NCBI GenBank assembly: GCA_017625065.1
Contig: JAGALS010000059.1
Location: 24,696-88,695 of the forward strand
DNA length: 64,000 nt
Reading direction: 5' to 3'
Source of the DNA: Clostridia bacterium
Lineage (GTDB): Bacteria > Bacillota > Clostridia > Oscillospirales > CAG-272
Part shown: one piece after another, positions 35,753 to 44,064 of the stretch
Position numbering within the stretch: the first letter of the stretch is position 1
How the letters are laid out: the number at the start of each line of letters is the position of its first letter
Position numbers and translations under genes: made by a program
The notes under the pieces: model-generated
Database searches by the model: none
Told to the model about the DNA's origin: nothing
What the model saw: only the letters and a program-made list of their open reading frames with translations

Positions 35753-36886
35753 ATGAAGCAATACGATATCGCGGCATACATCTGGCCCGCTTATACGGGC
35801 GATGAATTGCGCACAAGAATGTTTTGGCCCGAAGGATACGGCGAGTGGCAAAGCGTGAAGAGCGCTACGGCAAAGTTTGAAGGGCACACCTGGCCAAGAA
35901 AGCCGCTGTGGGGCTATGTCAACGAGGCAGACCCTGCCGTGATGGAAATGGAGATCAATGAGGCGAAGCGCCACGGCGTGAACGTGTTCATTTACGATTG
36001 GTATTGGTATGACGGTCGCCCCTTCCTTGAAAACTGCCTCAACGACGGCTTTTTAAAGGCGAAAAACTGCTCGGATATGAAATTTTATATCATGTGGGCA
36101 AATCACGATGCTAACAACGTATGGAACAAGGAAATTTCCGATACGGAAGCTTGCAACACCGTGATCTGGAAGGGCGGATGCGACGCGGACGAATTTCGCA
36201 CACTCTCCAGGCGCGTTTGCGATCGGTACTTTGGCCTTGATAATTACTATAAGATCGACGGCTGTCCCGTGTGGATGATCTATGAGCTTTCCACCTTTGT
36301 CAAGGGTCTTGGCGGTGCGGAGCAAGCGGCAGCCGCGCTTGACGAATTCAGAGATTACGTCAAGTCCAAGGGCTTCCCGGGGGTACATATTCAGTTCACG
36401 GGTCGCAAAAAGGATGTACCGAACCTCAGCGGCGTTGACGGCGAGCGGATGACCACCAAATTTGAGGAGCTTGCAGAAAAGCTTCGCATCGACAGCTTTA
36501 CGCACTATCAGTTCGTGCATTATCTGAACATTGACCGTGATTACGTTGACATTACAAAGGATGCAAAGGCGTTCCGCGACAGGATCGACGAAACCATCAA
36601 AATTCCGTATTTCGCCCACGTTTCCTGCGGTTGGGATAACAACCCCAGGTTCAAAAATTTCAGACACGGTATCGTCAAAAACAACACACCCGAAAATTTT
36701 GAAGCGGCACTGCGCGATGCGAAGGAATACGCCGATGCCCACCCCGAAAATCCGCCCCTCATTACGATCAATTCGTGGAACGAGTGGACAGAAACAAGCT
36801 ACCTGCAGCCCGACGACCTCTATGGCTACGGCTACCTCGAAGCGATCAAACGGGTATTCGTCGACGAGGTGGAAAAGGGGGAATGA
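35753..36886 (+). CDS. GH99-like / WbsX-family glycoside hydrolase-like protein
   Basis: The N-terminal pattern YIWPAY...EW...WGY and a TIM-barrel-like sequence match by recall. Confidence 0.6.
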   Translation: MKQYDIAAYIWPAYTGDELRTRMFWPEGYGEWQSVKSATAKFEGHTWPRKPLWGYVNEADPAVMEMEINEAKRHGVNVFIYDWYWYDGRPFLENCLNDGFLKAKNCSDMKFYIMWANHDANNVWNKEISDTEACNTVIWKGGCDADEFRTLSRRVCDRYFGLDNYYKIDGCPVWMIYELSTFVKGLGGAEQAAAALDEFRDYVKSKGFPGVHIQFTGRKKDVPNLSGVDGERMTTKFEELAEKLRIDSFTHYQFVHYLNIDRDYVDITKDAKAFRDRIDETIKIPYFAHVSCGWDNNPRFKNFRHGIVKNNTPENFEAALRDAKEYADAHPENPPLITINSWNEWTETSYLQPDDLYGYGYLEAIKRVFVDEVEKGE

Positions 36887-36890
36887 AGGT

Positions 36891-37100
36891 GTGACACAGG
36901 CAGAGGAAAGATTGGAACTGCTGGCGCTTGGGCTGCATTTATTCGGGATGGAGGAGCAGGATATCGTTATCACTCTAATGGGAGTGTGGGGAAACCCGAG
37001 ACAAGTGGAAACACTACTCGACTATCTGGTGACGCACGAGGGAGCCACAACGGCGGAGATCTCGGACGCAGTGGTGGAGATCGTGCAAACGGTCAAGTAA
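36891..37100 (+). CDS. Small hypothetical protein (69 aa, GTG start)
   Basis: In-frame GTG after GGGGGA. I recognised no family. Confidence 0.3.
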   Translation: MTQAEERLELLALGLHLFGMEEQDIVITLMGVWGNPRQVETLLDYLVTHEGATTAEISDAVVEIVQTVK

Positions 37101-37131
37101 AATTTCAACGTAAGCACTTATCGCAAGAACC

Positions 37132-37165
37132 AAAAGCGGAGATGCCAAACGGCATCTCCGCTTTT
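37132..37165 (+). terminator. Intrinsic terminator (copy 2 of the identical 34-bp hairpin)
   Basis: Same 34-mer as 35651-35684. Confidence 0.85.
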
Positions 37166-37258
37166 GGTTCTTGTAACAGTTTCGGTAGTGTCGGTGATGA
37201 CAAAAAATCATCCGAGCAAAGTGAGAAACAAGAAGCCTTCTCCTGTGGGAGAAGGGGG

Positions 37259-37279
37259 ACCACGAAGTGGTGGATGAGG
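37259..37279 (+). repeat. Conserved hairpin module GACCACGAAGTGGTGGATGAG (copy 2) within a hairpin cluster
   Basis: Flanked by CCTTCTCC-tgtg-GGAGAAGG, CAGTCG-acaag-CGACTG and CCTTCCCC-act-GGGGAAGG hairpins (37235-37350). Confidence 0.7.
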
Positions 37280-37639
37280 AGTTATCTTGTGTTAAGGACA
37301 CCTCATCCGTCAGTCGACAAGCGACTGCCACCTTCCCCCACTGGGGAAGGCGAAAAAATAGCGAATTTACCTAAAAGTGTTCTCGCCACAAAGGCGGCTT
37401 AACTCAGGATAAATTCGCTATTATTAGTATAAAAGATCTGCTTGTGTTTGTCAACCGGCAAGATAAATGGCTTTTCTATATCAATAAGCGCCAAATCCTC
37501 TTAAATTTGAGCTTGAGAAGCTTTCCAACCAAAAGAAGGGGCTTTTTGCCATTAAAAAGACATATGATTTTTCGGTTTTGCCTTGCTTTCTCTTCACTCT
37601 TATGTTATAATGGTTGCAATGCTTTTTCGAGGTGTCCCT

Positions 37640-38893
37640 ATGCAAAATAACAAACGCGTGAAGCTCGCGTGCTATACCACAAACGTCACCATGGCGGTGG
37701 TCGGCAACCTGTCGCCCGTGCTCTTTATGACCTTTCGCTCGCTCTACGGGATTTCTTATTCCTTGCTCGGTCTTCTGGTCCTGATCAATTTCGTCACGCA
37801 GCTCACCATTGATCTGATCTTTTCCTTCTTTTCGTATAAATTCAATATCCAAAAAGCGGTCAAGCTCACCCCCGTGATCTCGGTGTTCGGACTGCTCATC
37901 TATGCGCTCTGGCCCTTCCTCTTGCCAAACCACGTGTACGTCGGCTTGGTGATCGGCACTGTCATCTTTTCGGTGTCAAGCGGATTTGCCGAGGTGCTGA
38001 TCAGCCCCGTGATCGCGGCGCTGCCAAGCGACAATCCCGACCACGAAATGAGCAAGCTCCATTCGATCTATGCCTGGGGCGTGGTATTCGTGATCGTGGT
38101 CAGCACGCTCTTTTTGCTAGTGTTTGGTGATGCGCGTTGGCAATGGCTCGCGCTCTTCTTTGCACTTGTTCCGCTGCTTGCGGCACTGCTCTTTGCAGGC
38201 GCGAAGCTGCCCGAGCTTGAAAAGCCCGAAAGGGCATCGGGCCTCAAAGCGATCTTCAGTCAAAAAGCCCTGTGGCTTTGTGCGTTGGCGATCTTTCTCG
38301 GCGGTGCCGCCGAATGTACCATGGCACAATGGAGCTCGGGTTACATTGAGACCGCCCTCGGCATCCCCAAGGTTTGGGGCGACATCTGCGGCGTTGCGGT
38401 CTTCTCGGTGATGCTCGGACTTGGACGAACCCTCTATGCCAAATACGGCAAGTCTGCCGAGCGGGTATTGCTGCTTGGCGCGATCGGAGCTGCCATCTGC
38501 TATCTCACGGCGGCGATCGTTCCCGTGCCGATCGTAGGACTTCTCGCGTGTGCCTTTACGGGATTTTGCGTTTCGATGCTGTGGCCCGGTAGCTTGATCG
38601 TTGCCGCCGAGCGCATCCCGACGGGCGGCGTTGTGATGTATGCTATGATGGCGGCAGGCGGCGACTTTGGCGCGTCGGTCGCACCTCAGCTTGTCGGTAT
38701 CATCACCGACGCGGTGTCGGCGAGCGACTTTGCGGGGAACCTCGCATCCAAGCTGTCACTATCCGTCGAGCAGATCGGTATGAAATGCGGTATTTTGATT
38801 GGCTTCCTTTTCTCACTTGCGGCGATCGTGGTCTATACGATCCTTGTAAGGACAAAACGAAACATAAGCAAACAAAAAAACGAAAACGAATAA
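37640..38893 (+). CDS. MFS transporter
   Basis: About 12 TM segments by eye. The start is at the ATG at 37640 after GAGGTG. Confidence 0.85.
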   Translation: MQNNKRVKLACYTTNVTMAVVGNLSPVLFMTFRSLYGISYSLLGLLVLINFVTQLTIDLIFSFFSYKFNIQKAVKLTPVISVFGLLIYALWPFLLPNHVYVGLVIGTVIFSVSSGFAEVLISPVIAALPSDNPDHEMSKLHSIYAWGVVFVIVVSTLFLLVFGDARWQWLALFFALVPLLAALLFAGAKLPELEKPERASGLKAIFSQKALWLCALAIFLGGAAECTMAQWSSGYIETALGIPKVWGDICGVAVFSVMLGLGRTLYAKYGKSAERVLLLGAIGAAICYLTAAIVPVPIVGLLACAFTGFCVSMLWPGSLIVAAERIPTGGVVMYAMMAAGGDFGASVAPQLVGIITDAVSASDFAGNLASKLSLSVEQIGMKCGILIGFLFSLAAIVVYTILVRTKRNISKQKNENE

Positions 38894-38933
38894 AAGAAGC
38901 GGCAGATGCATCGTGCATCTGCCGCTTCTTTTG
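38894..38933 (+). terminator. Intrinsic terminator after the MFS gene
   Basis: AAGAAGCGGCAGATGCA-tcg-TGCATCTGCCGCTTCTT followed by TT. Confidence 0.85.
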
Positions 38934-39014
38934 TGCCAAACAAACTTTTTAGAAATTTGTCGAAATGTCAAAGCGAAAATTGGAAAATATTGATGAAAAT
39001 TTGGAATAAACGCG

Positions 39015-40130
39015 TTATTTTTTTGTTTTGTTGAAAAGTTTGCGGTAAATATCCCGCATTTCGGTTTTGGTGAGGATATACGGACTATTGACGTAATTTC
39101 CCGCTTTTTCGATCAGCGACACGCGCTGCTCGATCTCTTCGTCGGTGAAGGAAAGCTCCACGGCGGCAAGCGCGGGGAGATAGGTCTTTATCACCTTTGG
39201 CGTTGCGCCGATGGCTGCAGCGAAGCGCGCGATGCGCGCCTTGCCTACCTCGGTCTTTTCGTTGTAGTCAATATATTCGCCCGCAAACGCCGCGCAGGCG
39301 CGTCCGTGCGGAACGCCGTCCAGCATTGTCAGGCTATATCCCATCGGGTGGGGAAAGCCCGTGCCCGTCACGCTGATCGCCATTCCCGCCGCCGTCGCGG
39401 CAACCGAAAGATCGTCGCGCATCTCGGGGGTGAATTCGTCGGGGTATTGCGAGAGCACATCCCAAAGCTTTTCCGCCGCAAACAGAGCCGCCGCCTCGGA
39501 AAACGCGCTGCTCTTCGGGGAAAGATAGGACTCCAGCGCGTGTGCAAAAGCATCCAACGCGGTGCTGATCGTGGTGGCATAGGGCAGAGAATCGGTATAT
39601 AGGGGGTCCACGAAGGCGGTGCGAGGCCAGGAGTTGGCGCACTTAAAGGTCTTTTTCTTATCGCCCTCAGGCAAGGTCAGCACGCTGTAGGGGTTGACCT
39701 CGCTGCCCGTGCCCGCCGTTGTGGGGATGGCGATGATGGGCAGGGAAGGCTTCGTGCGCTTTCCCTCGTTATAAATATCCATCGGTTCGATCCCTTGATT
39801 GCTAGCAAAGGCTGCGATCGCCTTTGCGGCATCTAAGGGCGAGCCGCCGCCGATGCCGATCACAAAGTCGGCGTGGCACTCGGCGGCGAGCTTGCCGCCC
39901 TGATAGCAGGTCAGCAGCGGGGGATTTTCGGTGATCTGATCGAATACGGTATAAGTGATCCCCGAAGCATTGAGCAGGGCGGTCACGTCGTCAAGCGCGC
40001 CGCAAAGCTTTGCGCTTTTCTTGCCCGTGACGATCAGGGCAGAGTGTCCGATCCGCAAAAATTCGGGGTGCTTGACAAGTGCGCCGCGTTCCGCGAAAAC
40101 GCGGGTGGGTAAATAAAAGGATGCGTTCAT
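39015..40130 (-). CDS. Iron-containing alcohol dehydrogenase
   Basis: GGGSPLDAAKAIA motif and a His-rich metal site. The start is at 40130 (MNASFYLP) with RBS GGAGAC. Confidence 0.88.
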   Translation of the reverse strand: MNASFYLPTRVFAERGALVKHPEFLRIGHSALIVTGKKSAKLCGALDDVTALLNASGITYTVFDQITENPPLLTCYQGGKLAAECHADFVIGIGGGSPLDAAKAIAAFASNQGIEPMDIYNEGKRTKPSLPIIAIPTTAGTGSEVNPYSVLTLPEGDKKKTFKCANSWPRTAFVDPLYTDSLPYATTISTALDAFAHALESYLSPKSSAFSEAAALFAAEKLWDVLSQYPDEFTPEMRDDLSVAATAAGMAISVTGTGFPHPMGYSLTMLDGVPHGRACAAFAGEYIDYNEKTEVGKARIARFAAAIGATPKVIKTYLPALAAVELSFTDEEIEQRVSLIEKAGNYVNSPYILTKTEMRDIYRKLFNKTKK

Positions 40131-40294
40131 ATCTGTCTCCGTTTCCTTTGTGCAAAGCACAGCTTTCTTGCTTTTATTATACCTGATCGGGGCGCTGAAA
40201 GCAAGAATTTTTTTACAAAGCGGTGCTTTGGGAAAAAATACGGCAAAATCGCAAAAAAATTGAATAAAAATTCGTGAAAAATGCGAAAAAACCT

Positions 40295-40323
40295 TTGCAT
40301 TTTATTAAATAATATGATATAAT
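40295..40323 (+). promoter_or_regulatory. Candidate cdaA promoter
   Basis: TTGCAT, 17 nt, TATAAT. Confidence 0.55.
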
Positions 40324-40416
40324 ATTAAAAAATGGGGTGTTTGTGCCCCTTCGAGTCGTTATTTTGCAATTTTTTTAGCTTTCAATGCATTTTTGCATGA
40401 TGAATATAGAGGTACT

Positions 40417-41259
40417 ATGAAAGAATTATTTGACAGGCTGTTTTCGGGCGGCTTTGCATTTACATATTTTACTGACCCCTTCAAGGGGTTCAGTTGGTGG
40501 GATGCGCTGGATATTCTGGCGCTTGCGGTGATCTTTTTTGCGCTGTATCTGTTCGTGCGTGACCGCCGCGCGGGCAAGCTGATGGCGGGCATCGTTTTGC
40601 TTGTCGGTGTCTATGCTCTCAGCGAGGTGCTGAATATGTACGCCCTGCAATATCTGTTTGGCTCCTTCTTCGGCTACGGCATCATCGCGCTCGCGATCAT
40701 TTTCCAGCCCGAGATCCGCGCCGCAATGGAGCGCATCGGCTCCGTGCCCTTCCGTGGTCTCAAGACCATCGGTGTCGAGCATCGCTTTATGACTCTGCCC
40801 CCTGCAAGCGTGGATGCAGTGGTCGAGGCGGTCAAGGATATGTCCTTTTCCAAGACCGGCGCGCTGATCGTCATCGAGCGCACCACAAGGATCGGCGAGT
40901 ATATCCGCACGGGCACAACGCTCAATGCCGAGCTCACCCCCGAGCTGCTGCGCGCCGTATTCTTTGACAAGGCACCCTTGCACGACGGTGCCGTGATCGT
41001 GCGCGGCGGCAGAATTTATGCCGCGGGCTGCTATCTGCCCCTTTCCGAAAAGTCGGATATCTTCAAGGGGCTTGGCACGCGTCACCGCGCCGCGATCGGC
41101 CTTTCGGAGCAAAGCGACTCTGTGATCATCGTGGTCTCGGAGGAAACGGGAACCATCTCTATCGCCTACAAGGGCGAGCTGTTTCGCGAATTTACGTCGG
41201 TCTCTCTGCGCCGCAAGCTCTTTGAGCTGCTTGGCAAGCAGGATGACGCGGCAGTCTGA
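40417..41259 (+). CDS. cdaA: Diadenylate cyclase CdaA
   Basis: Three N-terminal TM helices plus a DAC domain (DGAVIV, GTRHRAA, VSEETG). Confidence 0.9.
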   Translation: MKELFDRLFSGGFAFTYFTDPFKGFSWWDALDILALAVIFFALYLFVRDRRAGKLMAGIVLLVGVYALSEVLNMYALQYLFGSFFGYGIIALAIIFQPEIRAAMERIGSVPFRGLKTIGVEHRFMTLPPASVDAVVEAVKDMSFSKTGALIVIERTTRIGEYIRTGTTLNAELTPELLRAVFFDKAPLHDGAVIVRGGRIYAAGCYLPLSEKSDIFKGLGTRHRAAIGLSEQSDSVIIVVSEETGTISIAYKGELFREFTSVSLRRKLFELLGKQDDAAV

Positions 41260-41276
41260 TACAAGGAAGTTTGGAT

Positions 41277-41678
41277 ATGAATCATAAGCATATGGATACG
41301 ACGGGCGAATTGGAGCAGCAGGGCAGCGAATACACCGTCAAAAACAGCTATCTTTCCACCGTGATCGCCGCGGTGATATGCCTTTTGCTTGCCCTTTTGG
41401 TTTGGATCGTTGTGATGAGCAGACCCGATTCCGACTACTTGTCTGTTTGCGTGGTCGATCAGCAGGCGGGCTATACCTATGAGGTCTCTGCAGATATGAT
41501 CAAGGTCGAGGGCAAGGTTAGTGACCTGCGCCACGCCGATGCGATCGGCATTCGTTTGCCCGAGAACGCGGGCGAAGGGGAATACAAGCTGTCCGAGGGT
41601 CAGCTTGAGCTGGAGCTGCCCGACGGCGTTCAGCTTTCCGTTGACATTGATCTCACGGTTACGGTCAAGGCAAAATGA
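41277..41678 (+). CDS. Membrane-anchored protein in the CdaR position (possible single YbbR-like domain)
   Basis: One TM helix plus a beta-rich ectodomain of about 80 aa. It follows cdaA as cdaR does in Bacilli, but it is far shorter than canonical CdaR. Confidence 0.45.
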   Translation: MNHKHMDTTGELEQQGSEYTVKNSYLSTVIAAVICLLLALLVWIVVMSRPDSDYLSVCVVDQQAGYTYEVSADMIKVEGKVSDLRHADAIGIRLPENAGEGEYKLSEGQLELELPDGVQLSVDIDLTVTVKAK

Positions 41679-43278
41679 TGCAAATAAAATGCCTTTTGCT
41701 TTCCGGGATACGCGCCCCCTTCGACGCGCCCGAGGGCGAGATCATCAAAATAGCAAAAGCGAAAATGAAGCGCGCGTGCCTTTCGGTCACGGGGCTTCAT
41801 TTTCGCCTTTATAAAAAGTCTTTTGATGCAAGACGTAAAAACGCCATCCTGCAGGTCTGCTCGGTGCTTGCCGAATACGATCAGCCGATCGCGGTAAGTG
41901 AGGCGGCATTGCAAAAGGCAGAGGCTCGCCCCTTTGCCGAGGAGCTGCCTGTGGTGACACAGGGCACACAGCCCCTTGTTGCCCGTCCGCTTGTGGTGGG
42001 TATGGGCCCTGCGGGACTGTTTGCCGCATTGATGCTTGCCGAGCAGGGCTATCGCCCCATTCTGATCGATCGCGGCGACAGCATTGAAGCACGTGCAGCC
42101 GCCACTGAGCGCTTTCGAACCGAGGGCGTGTTGGACACTGAATCGAACATTCAGTTCGGCGCGGGCGGTGCAGGAACTTTTTCGGACGGAAAGCTCGTCA
42201 CGCGCGTGAACGACCCCCTTTGCAATTACGTGCTGCGCCGCCTTTGCGAGTTTGGCGCGCCCGAGGAGGTGCTGATCAAGGCAAAGCCACACGTCGGCAC
42301 GGATATTCTGCGACGGGTCGTGGACGGAATGCTGAACCGCATCGCGGAGCTTGGCGGCAGTGTGCAGTATCGCACCTGCCTTTGGATTATGCTCTTGAAA
42401 ACGGTACTGTACGCGCGCAAACAAACGTGGGCGAGATCGAGGCGGGTGTGCTGGTGCTTGCCATCGGGCATAGCGCAAGGGATACCTTTGAGGTGTTGAT
42501 GAAGCACCCCTTGTGCCTTGAGCCAAAACCCTTTTCAGTGGGTGTGCGTATCGAGCATCTGCGCGCTGACATCGACCGCGCGCTTTACGGCGACGCGGCA
42601 GGGCACCCCGCGCTCGGCCCCGCCGAGTACGCGCTCTCGGATACCACGGGTGAGCGCGGTGTTTATACTTTCTGTATGTGCCCGGGTGGCGAGGTCGTCA
42701 CCGCCGCCTCCGAGCAGGGGGGCGTTGTGGTCAACGGTATGAGCTACCACGCCCGTGACGGGCGCAACTCCAATGCCGCCGTGGCGGTTTCTGTGAACCC
42801 GAGCGACGTTGGCGGCGATATCCGTTCCGCGATCGCTTTTCAGCGAGGGCTGGAGCAAGCCGCATATGCCGCGGGCGGCGGAGATTTTTACGCGCCCGTG
42901 CAGACTGTTGGAGATTTTCTTGAAAACAAGCAGGGAACCGAGCCTTCCCGCATTCAGCCCACCTACGGTGGGGGGCACGTGCGCACGGCGGATCTGCACA
43001 CGGTGCTGCCGCCCTTTGTGACGAACACCTTGGCGGCGGGACTTCGATCCTTTGACCGAAAGCTCGGCGGCTTTGCCGTACCCGATGCGGTCCTGACGGG
43101 TGTTGAAACGCGCACCTCTTCGCCCTTACGCATTCTGCGCGGCGAGGCGCGCACCGCCGTTGGCGAGGATCTGATCTATCCCGCAGGCGAGGGCGCGGGA
43201 TATGCGGGCGGCATCACGAGCGCAGCCATCGACGGACTGCGCACCGCACTTGCCATCATCGCCCGCTTTCACCAATAA
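41675..43278 (+). pseudogene. FAD-dependent protein (COG2509-like NAD(P)/FAD oxidoreductase), disrupted by a frameshift near 42377-42390
   Basis: The N-terminal part (41675 frame) has GMGPAGLFAA. The C-terminal part (42220 frame) continues the same family (VLAIGHSARDTF..., CPGGEVV...). The two frames overlap and differ by -1. Confidence 0.75.
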
Positions 43279-43329
43279 GCTACGCCTTGCGGTGCTTTTT
43301 TGATCAACAAAAAGGGGACGTACCGCCTT

Positions 43330-43355
43330 GTAGGGACAGGCGTCCTCGACTGTCC
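43330..43355 (+). repeat. REP-like GTAG hairpin (GTAG-GGACAG-GCGTCCTCGA-CTGTCC)
   Basis: Full copy in the intergenic region. Confidence 0.7.
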
Positions 43356-43392
43356 GAGATCCGTGACCAATAAAGAAACGGAGCACCAACCT

Positions 43393-43411
43393 GTAGGGAC
43401 AGGCGTCCTCG
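43393..43411 (+). repeat. REP-like GTAG element, 3'-truncated copy
   Basis: GTAGGGACAGGCGTCCTCG, then the sequence diverges. Confidence 0.6.
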
Positions 43412-43582
43412 TAAGGAGCGAAGCGACACAATAGCGAGCCTGCGAGCATCCGGTCCGCCCAAGCTTGGCGGTATTTGCGTAGCAAATTGACGGTGTCGAG
43501 CCGTCAAGACAAACTTGAGCAAATTCGCCGGCGGCGAGTTTGTTCCGCGACCAACCAAAGCTGACGTGCAAAAGGAGAACCT

Positions 43583-44032
43583 ATGAAAACCAAAGCAACC
43601 GTTGTCGAGATCATTGATCAAAATGTTGCCGTCGTGTCGGTCGAGCGCCGCGCGGCTTGTGACGGCTGTCACAAGGCGGTAGACGGCAAGGGTTGCTCGG
43701 TCTGCACGCTTCTTGGCAGTAAGGGCGAAACGCGTGCCCTTGCCAAAAATACCGTGGGTGCCGCGCTTGGAGATACCGTCGAGGTCGAAAGCCGCACACG
43801 CCGCATCATCGGCTACGCGGCGCTTGTTTTCTTGCTGCCCGTGGCACTCGCGATCGTTGGATATTTGCTTGGCTCCAAGCTCTCTCTTGGCGAAGGCGTG
43901 TCGCTTTTGCTTGCCCTTGGCGGGCTTCTGATCTCGTTTTTGCTGATCTTTTTGTACTCCAAGCTTGTGGTCTCGCGACGGCTTGATATCGAGATCGTCG
44001 CGATCGTCAAAGAAGCAGAACAGCAAGAGTGA
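43583..44032 (+). CDS. RseC/MucC-family (SoxR-reducing system) protein
   Basis: N-terminal Cys cluster (CDGCHK...CSVC) and two C-terminal TM helices. Confidence 0.8.
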   Translation: MKTKATVVEIIDQNVAVVSVERRAACDGCHKAVDGKGCSVCTLLGSKGETRALAKNTVGAALGDTVEVESRTRRIIGYAALVFLLPVALAIVGYLLGSKLSLGEGVSLLLALGGLLISFLLIFLYSKLVVSRRLDIEIVAIVKEAEQQE

Positions 44033-44064
44033 TCGGGCGCGCCCTATGATAGAAAGGAACTCAA

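Noticed and set aside
38958-38964. Spo0A-box-like TGTCGAA
   Set aside because: It lies between two convergent gene ends with no promoter to regulate. A single 7-mer match is expected by chance.
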